Assembly (NCBI GenBank): GCA_011682695.1
Contig: JAACED010000002.1
Location: forward strand, 1,314 to 65,313
Length of the DNA stretch: 64,000 bases
Direction: 5' to 3'
Source: Gammaproteobacteria bacterium
Lineage (GTDB): Bacteria > Actinomycetota > Acidimicrobiia > Spongiisociales > UBA4744
The position numbers and the translations under genes were made by a program. Below are positions 48,574 through 57,953 of the stretch, piece by piece. Positions within the stretch are counted from its first letter, which is position 1. Each line of letters opens with the position of its first letter. The notes under the pieces were generated by a model. It made no database searches. It was not told the origin of the DNA and saw only the letters and a list, made by a program, of their open reading frames with translations.

Positions 48574-50816
48574 CTCATCTCCTCGAGTGCCCGCCACACG
48601 CGCTCGGGCGTCAGCGGCAGATCGCGAATGACCACGCCCGTGGCGTCGGTCACCGCGGAGGCCAATGCCGGCGAGACCGCCAGAAGGGCACCTTCGCTGA
48701 TCCCCTTGATGCCGTACGGTCCCGGACCATCGGCGTTCTCGATCATCGCACTCGTGAGTTCGAGCGGAAGGTCCTTGATGGTCGGGATCCGGTAGTCCAG
48801 TGCGCCGAGATTCCGGATCCGGCCGGATCCGTCGAGAAGCACATGCTCCATGAGCGTGTGTCCCAGACCCATGATCGCCGCACCGTCGTCCTGCCCCTCG
48901 ACCTGAAGCGGGTTGAGCGCCCGGCCGACGTCACTCACGGTCACGTGGCGCACGAGAAGGATCTCGCCTGTCTCCTCATCGACCTCGGCCTCGAACGCCG
49001 TGCAGTTGAACTCGAAGAACGCCGCAGTACCACCGAGGGGGTGATCGGGCTCGACGTCTTTGCGCATCTCCCCGTTCCCGACGATCTCGCCGCCGAGGCG
49101 ACCGAGGCCGGACTGGAGCACGTCCACCGCGCAGAGTTCACGAGCAGGAAGGCGAACAACACCGCGCTCGACGACGATCTCGGACTCGTCGACCTCGTAG
49201 AGACGCGAGGCCATGGCGCGCAACTTCGCCTGGATGTCCTGGCAGGCGCGCAGAACGGCCGTGCCCATGAGCACCGATGAACGGCTGGCAGACGTCTGCT
49301 GATCGTAAGGGATCACCCCGGTGTCGCCCATGATGACCGAGATGCGGTCGAGCGGTATCCCGAGCTCCTCGGAGACTATCTGGGCGAAGACCGTGCGCGC
49401 ACCCTGGCCCATGTCAGACGTACCGCTGAGGACGAGAGCGCTCCCGTCCGCCAAGAACCTCACCGTCGAGTAGGAGAGGCCCGTTGTCGGTCCGGATTTG
49501 AGGCCCACGGCGAGCCCACGGCCACGCTTGGGCGCCGCCAGAGGAGTTCCCCACCCGATCAGCTCGGCGGCCTTTCGAACGGTCTGGGACCAGTCGCCGT
49601 CGGCCGGTGTGTCACCGGGAATGAACGTCTCCCCATGACGGGCGAGGTTGCGCAGGCGAATCTCGACCCTGTCGATTCCGAGCGCACGCGCCCCTTCGTC
49701 GATATTGGATTCTCTGGCCCAGGTGATCTGCGGAATGCCGAATCCGCGGAAGGCGGTGCTCGGCGTCGTGTGAGACAGCAGTGTTCGTCCCATGATCCGA
49801 ACTGCGGGAACACGGTACGGACCGCAGGCGAGATAACTCGCCTTCCCCACGACGCGGTCTGCGATGTCGACGTACGCCCCGATCAGGAAGTTGGCCTCTA
49901 CGTCCTGGAATGCAATCGTGCCATCCGACAGGAAACCGGTCCGAAACCGGACCTCTGTCGCCGCTCGTCGAACTGCCTGGAACGTCTCGGCAAGTGTCAG
50001 GATCAGCCGTACCGGCCTGCCGGCGCGCAGAGCCATGAACGCGAGCAGAGGCTCGTACTTGGGGATCTGCTTGCCTCCGAAACCTCCACCGGGGTCCGGC
50101 GCAAAGACACGCACCTTCGCCAAAGGCAGATCCAAGAGCTCGGCAATCGTTTTCTGCAGAAGGTACGGATGCTGAATCGAGCTCCACACTGTGATCCCGT
50201 CGCCATCGGGAGCCGCCATGAAGCCGTGAGGCTCGATCGTGAAGTGGGTGACCATCGGAAACGAGTAGGTGTTCTCGACAACGAGATCTGCCGCCGCTGC
50301 ATCGACGTCGCCCCAGCCAAAACGGTGCTCGCGCAGGATGTTCGTATCGGCCAGCGGGTCGTTTGGGCGAATCGCGTGATCCTGAACGAGCGGTGATGCC
50401 GGATCGAGCGCCGCGGCAACACCGAAGACTCCGCCGTCGAGTACCTCGTACTCCACGTGGACGAGGCGCGCTGCCTCTTCGGCCGCGTCACGCGTCTCGG
50501 CGGCCACTGCCGCCACCGGTTCGCCATGGTATTTGGTCTCGCCGACGGCGAGGATCGGCCGATCCTTGAACTTGGGGCCGAAGCGTGGGACCGGCTGCGG
50601 CAGGTCGGCGGCGGTGAGAACGAGGCGGACCCCGGGAACCTGTTTCGCTGCGGTCGCATCGATCGAGAGGATCCGGGCTCGTGCACGGTCGAGACGCACC
50701 AGCTTGACGTGAAGCACGTCGGCCAGGCGGATGTCGCCCACGTACTCCTGTGCGCCGGTGACCCGCCTGAGTCCGCCAAACCTGCGCGGTGAGCTTCCGA
50801 TGCCGTTGCAGCTCAT
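48570..50816 (-). CDS. Xanthine-dehydrogenase-family molybdopterin-binding subunit
   Basis: GGGFGGK, AFRGFGIPQ, GTSDMGQG, ASRS, QVEGQ..G, KGISE; start ATG 50816. Confidence 0.9.
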   Translation of the reverse strand: MSCNGIGSSPRRFGGLRRVTGAQEYVGDIRLADVLHVKLVRLDRARARILSIDATAAKQVPGVRLVLTAADLPQPVPRFGPKFKDRPILAVGETKYHGEPVAAVAAETRDAAEEAARLVHVEYEVLDGGVFGVAAALDPASPLVQDHAIRPNDPLADTNILREHRFGWGDVDAAAADLVVENTYSFPMVTHFTIEPHGFMAAPDGDGITVWSSIQHPYLLQKTIAELLDLPLAKVRVFAPDPGGGFGGKQIPKYEPLLAFMALRAGRPVRLILTLAETFQAVRRAATEVRFRTGFLSDGTIAFQDVEANFLIGAYVDIADRVVGKASYLACGPYRVPAVRIMGRTLLSHTTPSTAFRGFGIPQITWARESNIDEGARALGIDRVEIRLRNLARHGETFIPGDTPADGDWSQTVRKAAELIGWGTPLAAPKRGRGLAVGLKSGPTTGLSYSTVRFLADGSALVLSGTSDMGQGARTVFAQIVSEELGIPLDRISVIMGDTGVIPYDQQTSASRSSVLMGTAVLRACQDIQAKLRAMASRLYEVDESEIVVERGVVRLPARELCAVDVLQSGLGRLGGEIVGNGEMRKDVEPDHPLGGTAAFFEFNCTAFEAEVDEETGEILLVRHVTVSDVGRALNPLQVEGQDDGAAIMGLGHTLMEHVLLDGSGRIRNLGALDYRIPTIKDLPLELTSAMIENADGPGPYGIKGISEGALLAVSPALASAVTDATGVVIRDLPLTPERVWRALEEMR

Positions 50817-51292
50817 CGCTCCCCCGTTTCGGCGGCGGTGAGCACCGCCTCGGTGATCTGCACGTATCCCGCGCATCGGCACAGGTTGCCCGCCAAGGCC
50901 TCGTGGACCTCATCGACGGTCGGGTGAGGGTTCTGTTTCAGCAGGGCGTGCGCCGACATCAGCTGGCCGGGGATGCAGAATCCGCACTGCGGAGCGCCCT
51001 TGTCGAGGAACGCCTCCTGCAGCGGACCGAGGCGGCCGTCGCCTGCGAGACCCTCGACCGTCATGATCTCGCATCCCTGTGCTTCCACGGCCAGCATGAG
51101 ACAGGAGTTGACCGAACGGCCGTCGACGAGCACCGTGCAGGCACCGCACTCGCCCTCCGTACAACATTCCTTCGTGCCGGTGAGCTCCAACTGGTCGCGC
51201 AGGACCTCCAAGAGCGTGTGGTGCGGTGCCACCTCGATCGAGCATCGCCTGCCGTTGACGGTCAAGACCACCGTGGTCCCTGCCTGCGTCAC
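50813..51292 (-). CDS. XDH-family 2x[2Fe-2S] subunit
   Basis: GTKECCTEGECGACT, NSC, QCGFC, GNLCRC. Confidence 0.93.
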   Translation of the reverse strand: MTQAGTTVVLTVNGRRCSIEVAPHHTLLEVLRDQLELTGTKECCTEGECGACTVLVDGRSVNSCLMLAVEAQGCEIMTVEGLAGDGRLGPLQEAFLDKGAPQCGFCIPGQLMSAHALLKQNPHPTVDEVHEALAGNLCRCAGYVQITEAVLTAAETGER

Positions 51293-52152
51293 AGCACCCT
51301 CCTCAGCCGTCCGAGAGCGGTTGCGAGTGTCCGTTTGCCGAGCACCGTCAGCATCGCCTGCCGGTATTCGCGGCTTGCCCGTACATCGGAGATCGGGCTC
51401 GCCTGCGCTGCGAGATCTTTCAGGAGGCGCTCCTTGTCTTCCTCGCCCACTGCCGGGTCCGCGAGGCGCCCGCTCCGATCGTCGACGACGAACGCCGTCG
51501 GTCCGACCGCACCGTAGGCGAAGCGGGTGACGCCATCTCCTGTGACCGAACAGGCGACATTGACCGTGGCCAGATCCATCCCTCTGCGCCGGGCGATCCG
51601 CTCGAATGCAGCCCCGATCGGCCGTTCGGGAAACGGCAGATCGATCGAGGTGACGATCTCGTCGGGTCGCAGGACCGTTTGCCCCGGCCCGACGAAGAAC
51701 TCGACCAGCGGAACCCGGCGCTCGCCCGACCCGCTCACCGTATTCACGACCGCGTTGTAGATCATCAGCGCGGGGACCGTATCCGCGGCGGGCGATGCGT
51801 TGCAGATGTTCCCGGCAAGCGTGGCTCGATTGCGGATCTGGACCGATCCGACCACCGATGCCGCCTCGACCAAGGCGGGGAAGGCATCCTTGACGCGTTC
51901 GTCATCGATCACGTCGGTGAGCACGACGGCCGCACCGATCCGCAAGGCACCATCGTGCTCGGTGATTCCGGGTCGCAGCTCCGCCACCCGCTTGAGATCG
52001 ATCACGATGCGCGCCGACAGCTTCCCGGACCGCATGCCGACGATCAGATCGGTTCCGCCGGCGAGGACGCGAGCCTGCGAACCGTGCTCGTTCAGCAGGC
52101 TCAACGCCTCCGACAGGTTGTCCGGCCGCGCGTATTCGAACGTGTGCATCAC
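51289..52152 (-). CDS. XDH-family FAD-binding subunit
   Basis: LAGGTDL, SVQIRNRATLAGN..NASPAAD, ISDVRAS.EYR. Confidence 0.93.
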   Translation of the reverse strand: MMHTFEYARPDNLSEALSLLNEHGSQARVLAGGTDLIVGMRSGKLSARIVIDLKRVAELRPGITEHDGALRIGAAVVLTDVIDDERVKDAFPALVEAASVVGSVQIRNRATLAGNICNASPAADTVPALMIYNAVVNTVSGSGERRVPLVEFFVGPGQTVLRPDEIVTSIDLPFPERPIGAAFERIARRRGMDLATVNVACSVTGDGVTRFAYGAVGPTAFVVDDRSGRLADPAVGEEDKERLLKDLAAQASPISDVRASREYRQAMLTVLGKRTLATALGRLRRVL

Positions 52153-52224
52153 GACGATCCGCCGGTTCGCGCAATCGGTCGATCCGACTCTGGGTTGTCT
52201 GCACCCGCCTTCATCGGACTCCTC

Positions 52225-53103
52225 TCAGATGACCTTGTCGACCTCATCCATCAGCACTTGGGGTGTGGCAGCGCGCACGAAGAAGTACGGCAGATCGCAG
52301 AACGACTGCACGAATGCGGCACGCTTCTTGCGGAGAGTTTCGGTGTCGACGATGGGCATCGGCCACCCCGGAGCGAGCAGCTCGTTCAGCAGGAAGTAGT
52401 TCTGCAACGAGTGCAGTGTCTGAAACTGCGCCTCGAAGGGAATCATCTCCACCAGGCTGGGTGCGAAGTTGCCGTCGATCGCCGGCACCACCACAACGTC
52501 GACCTTGCTCGGCTCCTCACAGGTCTCCCACGTGGGCATCTCACCGAAGAACTTGGTCACGCCCTGATTGGGGGCGGCCTTATCCGCTCGTTCGGTTCCC
52601 TTGGCCCGCTTCTTCAGGAACACGTCCTTGGATCCCATGACCGCGGTTCCGGACTCGTCGATCACCGTCGTCTCCGTGGACACCAGCCGGCCACCGCGCC
52701 TGCACGCCTCGATCTGGCCCATGCTCTTGCCGTGGTTCGACTCGCCTCCCAGGAAGACGACCGTCTTGTCACGATACCGCACCGCGGAGGCGTGAAACGG
52801 GTGCAGGCCGATGGCTTCCATCCTCAACGCCAGCATGGTCACGATGACCTTCTGGATCGGTCCTTCTGCCCAGTCACCATCGAAGGTCATGACGCTGCCG
52901 TCGTACGAGATCGCCTTGGCGCCGTCCTGATTCCAGATGATGCCCGGAGCACTCGACGTGACCTCGGGTTCGATGCGCACATCGGCCAACCGGTAGTTGA
53001 GGAAGCTCATGTCCTCGAGCACATGGTCCCTGGGGTGGGATCCGTAGACATCCACCCGCAGGCGTGCATCCCCAGCAGACATCTCCTCCGATAGTTGCAT
53101 CAT
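52225..53103 (-). CDS. HprK/PEPCK-like P-loop protein of unknown function
   Basis: FHASAV...VFLG followed by Walker-A GESNHGKS; LVSTETTVID where HprK has its acidic motif. Confidence 0.6.
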   Translation of the reverse strand: MMQLSEEMSAGDARLRVDVYGSHPRDHVLEDMSFLNYRLADVRIEPEVTSSAPGIIWNQDGAKAISYDGSVMTFDGDWAEGPIQKVIVTMLALRMEAIGLHPFHASAVRYRDKTVVFLGGESNHGKSMGQIEACRRGGRLVSTETTVIDESGTAVMGSKDVFLKKRAKGTERADKAAPNQGVTKFFGEMPTWETCEEPSKVDVVVVPAIDGNFAPSLVEMIPFEAQFQTLHSLQNYFLLNELLAPGWPMPIVDTETLRKKRAAFVQSFCDLPYFFVRAATPQVLMDEVDKVI

Positions 53104-53160
53104 GTTTCTGCTCCCTAATCGCGGCGCATCGGTGATGACCGCATCGTTTCTCTCTTCTTC

Positions 53161-53343
53161 TCAAACGGTTGTGAGCACTCCACCGAGACCGGTCGGCCTC
53201 TCCGGACCCAAGGCCCCCGACGGCGACGTCGGGGCGTCGCTCATCGACGGAGCGATGCGGACGGCCGAGACGACGAGACCGCTCAGCGTGCGCACGGCTT
53301 GCGCAGGCGGTGCCGGGTGTCTCCACTCGTCGGACTCAATCAT
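53161..53343 (-). CDS. Possible 60-aa small protein
   Basis: Start overlaps the gntR 3' end, mostly G/C third positions, fills most of the gap; no recognisable motif. Confidence 0.25.
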   Translation of the reverse strand: MIESDEWRHPAPPAQAVRTLSGLVVSAVRIAPSMSDAPTSPSGALGPERPTGLGGVLTTV

Positions 53344-54046
53344 CCTCCCTGGCGCCGGAGGTCTTCTTACCGAACATCGATTCGTCCATGGACAGGATCA
53401 GCTCCTGGGCTTCACGGGCATGGACCCGCATGGCCTCACCCGCTCTCTCCGGATCTCGAGCTTCGAGCGCTTCGACGATGCCGGCATGACGCTGCGTGAG
53501 CCATGTCAGGTCGGTTCCGGGGGCCATGGCGGTGACGTAGGTGCGGGCGTACGGCTCCAGCATCGACCATATCCGTTCCAGGGTCTTGTTGCCGGATGCT
53601 CGCACCACGGTCGCGTGGAATTCGGTGTTGTTCAACGCATGGGCATGGGCGTCCCCGGCGTCGGCGAAGCCCTGCATCTCGTCGATCAGCCCTCGAAGAT
53701 CTGCCAGCACACCGTCATCGATGCGCTTGCAGGCCTGCCTGGCGGCGAGCGCCTCCAACTCTGCGCGCACCTCCATCGCCTCCACGAGCTCGACTTTCGT
53801 CGGTCGCCGGACACGAGCACCGCGATAGGGCTCCATATCGACGAGACCGAGCGTCGCCAGGTCCCGGAGCGCCTCGCGCACCGGGGCCTGGCTCGTTCCG
53901 AGTTCGCGGGCGATCCGGGTCTCGACGATACGAGACCCGGGTGCCAGCTCGCCCTCGAGGATCTGCTGCAAGATCCGGTCCTTCACCTGCGCACTCAGTA
54001 CGTTGCGCTCCACGGGATCCGAACGATGCCCGGTTGGACCGCTCAT
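53336..54046 (-). CDS. GntR-family transcriptional regulator (FCD ligand-binding domain)
   Basis: wHTH (ETRIARELGTSQAPVREAL..L...GLV) plus FCD (NTEFH, H..IVEAL...D...A...M..H). Confidence 0.93.
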   Translation of the reverse strand: MSGPTGHRSDPVERNVLSAQVKDRILQQILEGELAPGSRIVETRIARELGTSQAPVREALRDLATLGLVDMEPYRGARVRRPTKVELVEAMEVRAELEALAARQACKRIDDGVLADLRGLIDEMQGFADAGDAHAHALNNTEFHATVVRASGNKTLERIWSMLEPYARTYVTAMAPGTDLTWLTQRHAGIVEALEARDPERAGEAMRVHAREAQELILSMDESMFGKKTSGAREDD

Positions 54047-55830
54047 GTCTTGAATAGGTCAGACCCGATAACGTCTCCCTCCTTGTCCCCCTCGGCGAGG
54101 ATCTCCACGACGCCAGTCGAACCGTTGACCCGAAGGCGGTCTCCCGTTCTGATCTTCTCCGTCGCCACCGAGGTCCCGATCACGGCCGGGATGCCAAACT
54201 CACGGGCGAGTACAGCCGGGTGTGACGTGAGACCTCCCGCGTCGGTCACCAGGCCGCTGATCTTTGTGAACAGGGTAACCCAGGCGGGGTTGGTCATCTG
54301 GCAAACCAGGATGTCGCCCTTGTTGACCAAGTCGAACTCGTCGACGCTGAGCACCACCTTGGCGGTCCCCTGGTACACGCCGGGCGATGCGGCCAGACCC
54401 GCGATCTGATCCTCGGCCTCCGGCTGTTCCATGTAGAGCCGATCCGGGAATCCCCAGAGGCCCAGGTAGGGGAACTCGAGCTGAGACTCGGTCGCCGTGC
54501 CGATCCAGTCCTTCGGCCGAACCGTGTAGGCAGCCTCTCGCTCCGCCTTGCGTGTGGCAACGATGCTGCGTGCATCGAAGTTCTCCGGATCGCCCAGGAA
54601 GTACCGCAGCTCGTTGTACTTCAGGTAGATCACGTCGTCTGCTTCGTCGAGGACCCCCATCTTTACCAGATGGCGGCCGATGCACACGAGAACCAACCGC
54701 AAGTGGGCGTTGCTGCCCTGGTCGATATAGAAGTGGTGATCCGGTGTCAGCGGAGCCATCTTCAGGTTGATCTCGTTGGCAGCCTTCATCTTCTCGAGCG
54801 CCTCGCCTTCGAGACCCTCGAGGATCTCGGCCGAGGCCGCGGCGATGTCCTCCGCGAGGTGCTTCACAGTGGACGGGTAGTCATAGTCCGTCTCGAGGTA
54901 TCCCTTGATGACTTCGAGCACCGGCTGGGCCCTCTCGAACCGGGTGGCGAAGATGAACTCGTGACTCCACACGGCGTGCCAGCCGAACTCGCGCTGATAC
55001 GGCTTGAGCCGCTCTGCAATGAACTTCTGGCCCCGCTCGGAAGCCTCGAGGGCCTCGAGCACCTCGGTACCGGTGTCCCTGGAGAACATCTCCGATAGCT
55101 CGGCGTCGCCCTTGATCTCCTCTTTCATCTTCCACAGGGCGCCGATCGAGTCCCAGTTGCGGTCCTCGGCAGAGTTCTGCAGCCGGCCCAAGAGCACCGG
55201 ATCGGCCTCGCCCCGCACTTCTTCCATGACGGCCTGAAGATTGAGCGTCGCCGAGAGCTGAGCAAAGTTCAGCATCCAGTGGATCTTCCAGTGACGATCG
55301 TGGATGTCCATCGCATCTTCGAGGATGGTCGCCCACTCCATGAGCGGGATCTCCTCCCAGCGATCGATGCGATCCTCCAGATAGTCGAAGTTCCTGCGCA
55401 TCTCCGGCACCAACCGGTCCCGCCACCAGTCCGCAAAGTTCTGTCCATACGTCGGCAGGACCGCGCCCAGATAGGCGCCGATCTTGGACGCGTACTCCGG
55501 ATCGTCCTTGGGGACCCGCGGGTAGTAGACGTTGGAGTACTCCATCGATTCGACCTTGAAGTCCGGATCGGCCGGTACCGCCGCGGTGTAGAGATACCCG
55601 TTGACGTTCTTGGCGATCCAGTCCGAAGCGAAGGGGGTGCCGAACCTGCGGAACATGTGGTCACAGGTCAGCCACCATCCTCCGATGTCGAAGTACATCG
55701 GCGACAGCGGCTGCGGGCAGTGCAGGTCGTCGTAGACCCAGAAGAGGCCCTTCTCCCCCTCGTTGTCCCAGTCGATCGGGAAGTCCTCATCGCCCAGGAA
55801 CTGCTTGATGATCTTGCTCTCGTCCGCCAT
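54043..55830 (-). CDS. PEP-utilising-enzyme family protein: substrate-binding domain + C-terminal His-swivel domain, no ATP-grasp (PpsA/RPH-like subunit)
   Basis: C-terminal GLAASPG, ILVCQMTNPAW, GGLTSHPAVLAREFGIPAV; N-terminal FWVYDDLHCPQPLSP...NGYLY; AAGGAGG RBS. Confidence 0.85.
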   Translation of the reverse strand: MADESKIIKQFLGDEDFPIDWDNEGEKGLFWVYDDLHCPQPLSPMYFDIGGWWLTCDHMFRRFGTPFASDWIAKNVNGYLYTAAVPADPDFKVESMEYSNVYYPRVPKDDPEYASKIGAYLGAVLPTYGQNFADWWRDRLVPEMRRNFDYLEDRIDRWEEIPLMEWATILEDAMDIHDRHWKIHWMLNFAQLSATLNLQAVMEEVRGEADPVLLGRLQNSAEDRNWDSIGALWKMKEEIKGDAELSEMFSRDTGTEVLEALEASERGQKFIAERLKPYQREFGWHAVWSHEFIFATRFERAQPVLEVIKGYLETDYDYPSTVKHLAEDIAAASAEILEGLEGEALEKMKAANEINLKMAPLTPDHHFYIDQGSNAHLRLVLVCIGRHLVKMGVLDEADDVIYLKYNELRYFLGDPENFDARSIVATRKAEREAAYTVRPKDWIGTATESQLEFPYLGLWGFPDRLYMEQPEAEDQIAGLAASPGVYQGTAKVVLSVDEFDLVNKGDILVCQMTNPAWVTLFTKISGLVTDAGGLTSHPAVLAREFGIPAVIGTSVATEKIRTGDRLRVNGSTGVVEILAEGDKEGDVIGSDLFKT

Positions 55831-55861
55831 GTTGCCTCCTTTGTTGATCGGCGCCGGTTTC

Positions 55862-56689
55862 CTAGCGACTGATACTCTTGAACCTCTTCATGTTTGCGGT
55901 CATGGCGATCTCCGTGGGCAGACGCTCCATGCTGGATGCACCAAAGAATCCTGCAACACCGGTCGTGTTGGTGAGGACATACGCGGCATCCTCCGGCTCC
56001 GCGATCGGGCCTCCGTGACACAGGACGATGATGTCGTCTCTCACCGCGACCGCTGCGTCGCGGATCCGTTGCACGCGTTCGGCCGCTCCCTCGATCGTCA
56101 GGGCGGTCTCGGCGCCTATCGAGCCCTTCGTGGTCAGCCCCATGTGGGCCACGACGACGTCCGCTCCCGCCTCTGCCATCGCCTGGGCCGAGTCCTCGTC
56201 GAACACATAAGGGGTCGTCAGCAGGCCCTTCTCGTGGGCCAGGCGGATCATCTCGACCTCGAGGTCATAGCCCATCCCGGTCTCTTCGAGGTTCTTGCGG
56301 AATGTTCCGTCGATCAGCCCGACCGTCGGGAAGTTCTGTACACCGGCGAAACCCGTCTCATCCACCAAGTCCAGGAACTTGTCCATCAGCCGGAATGGAT
56401 CGGTGCCGCACACTCCCGCCAGGACCGGCGTGTGCTTTACGATCGGCAGGACCTCGCTGGCCATGTCGATCACGATCGCGTTGGCGTCGCCGTACGGCAT
56501 GAGCCCGGCGAGCGACCCTCTCCCCGCCATGCGATACCGACCGGAGTTGTAGATGATGATGAGATCCGTCCCACCTGCCTCGGCGCACTTCGCCGAGATA
56601 CCGGTGCCGGCTCCCGCTCCGATGATCACGCCACCGTCGTCGAGCGTCTTGCGCAACTTCGCCAGCGCCTCTTGTCCCGTCATGGTCAT
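55862..56689 (-). CDS. TIM-barrel 'phosphoenolpyruvate hydrolase-like' protein (UPF0261/Tm-1 partner)
   Basis: [57 protein letters not shown]. Confidence 0.88.
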   Translation of the reverse strand: MTMTGQEALAKLRKTLDDGGVIIGAGAGTGISAKCAEAGGTDLIIIYNSGRYRMAGRGSLAGLMPYGDANAIVIDMASEVLPIVKHTPVLAGVCGTDPFRLMDKFLDLVDETGFAGVQNFPTVGLIDGTFRKNLEETGMGYDLEVEMIRLAHEKGLLTTPYVFDEDSAQAMAEAGADVVVAHMGLTTKGSIGAETALTIEGAAERVQRIRDAAVAVRDDIIVLCHGGPIAEPEDAAYVLTNTTGVAGFFGASSMERLPTEIAMTANMKRFKSISR

Positions 56690-56712
56690 GGTCGTCCTCC
56701 CCTGTCTCCTTG

Positions 56713-57951
56713 TCAGGCTTGCGGGCGTGATGCCGCCCAGGCTCGATAGTGCTCGTCGAGGCGTCGCGCCATGGCAGTGGCGAACTCCGGGTCGTTCACG
56801 TCGGTGTCCATCTCGATCACCTCGACCGACGGGTCCAGGTGAGCCTTCAGTTCCCTGATCAGCGCCTCGTCGGCGTCCGGGTCATAGAACACGCCCCCCT
56901 CCGTGGCGATCGCCGATACGCCCTTGAGGGGAATGAACACCGTCAGCGGGCCTTTGGCCTCGTTCAGCTTGGCCGCGATCGTGCGTCCCAGCTGTGCACA
57001 CTCTTCCGGAGTCGTCCGCATCAATGTGACCGTAGGGTTGTGCACATAGAGGTTGCGATCCTTGTACTTGTCCGGAACCGTGCTGATCGGTCCGAAGTTG
57101 CACATGTCGAGCGCGCCGAGGGAAACGACTTGCGGTATGCCGAGCCGGCCGGCCATTTCGAGTCGGTCCGGTCCGGCCGAGAGCACGCCACCGACCAGCT
57201 CGTCGACGAGTTCGGTGGTCGTGATATCCAGGGATGCGGTGATGTAGCCGCTCTCCATGAGCGCTTCCATAGACTGCCCCCCGGTCCCTGTGGCATGGAA
57301 GACCAGAACCTCGTAGCCGTGATCCTCCAGCCACTCGCGAGCCGCTGTCACCGACGCCGTCGTCACCCCGAACATGGTTGCTCCAACGAGCGGCCTCCCC
57401 GTATCCGCGGGAACATAGGCCTCGTGGGCTTTCGCCATGCCTGCGATGCCCGCGGCTGCATTCCCCAAGATCCTCGCCGAGATCTCGTTGATGCCCGCGA
57501 TGTCGACCACCGAGTACATCATGGCGATATCGGCCGTGCCGACGTATGGGCGGGTATCGCCCGATGCCATCGTTGAGACCAGCAGCTTCGGCACACCAAT
57601 CGGAAGCAGGCGCATCGAATAGCTGATCAGCGATGAACCGCCCGATCCCCCGAGGCCGAGAATCCCGTTGAGCCGACCTTTCTGATGCAGGTCCTGGACG
57701 ATCACGGCGGCGCCTCGCGCCATGGCCTCGACTGCCGCTCCCCTGTCGCCGGCATTCACCAAATCTTCGAGATCCACTCCGGCGGCGGCTGCCACGTCGG
57801 CACGCGAGTAGTCGGTTGGGTACTCAGGGTCGCCCAGGACTCCTGCGTTGATCACGACGACGTCACAGTTCGCCTCGGCGATCCTGTCTTTCAAGAAGGC
57901 GTACTCGGTTGCCTTCGTATCCAGTGTTCCAAGCAATACGACTGTTGCCAT
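56713..57951 (-). CDS. Tm-1-like ATP-binding domain protein (UPF0261)
   Basis: [51 protein letters not shown]; start ATG 57951. Confidence 0.9.
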   Translation of the reverse strand: MATVVLLGTLDTKATEYAFLKDRIAEANCDVVVINAGVLGDPEYPTDYSRADVAAAAGVDLEDLVNAGDRGAAVEAMARGAAVIVQDLHQKGRLNGILGLGGSGGSSLISYSMRLLPIGVPKLLVSTMASGDTRPYVGTADIAMMYSVVDIAGINEISARILGNAAAGIAGMAKAHEAYVPADTGRPLVGATMFGVTTASVTAAREWLEDHGYEVLVFHATGTGGQSMEALMESGYITASLDITTTELVDELVGGVLSAGPDRLEMAGRLGIPQVVSLGALDMCNFGPISTVPDKYKDRNLYVHNPTVTLMRTTPEECAQLGRTIAAKLNEAKGPLTVFIPLKGVSAIATEGGVFYDPDADEALIRELKAHLDPSVEVIEMDTDVNDPEFATAMARRLDEHYRAWAASRPQA

Positions 57952-57953
57952 TG

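Noticed and set aside
48570-52152. Aerobic CO dehydrogenase (coxMSL)
   Set aside because: The large subunit has AFRGFG, not the form I AYxCSFR motif, and there are no coxDEFG accessory genes
54043-55830. Anaerobic phenol degradation or rifampicin-resistance gene
   Set aside because: No UbiD-type phenylphosphate carboxylase in the window; unlike RPH there is no N-terminal ATP-grasp; the context is a regulated catabolic operon
56713-57951. Antiviral defence role by analogy with plant Tm-1
   Set aside because: Embedded between a transporter and metabolic enzymes; no defence-island neighbours
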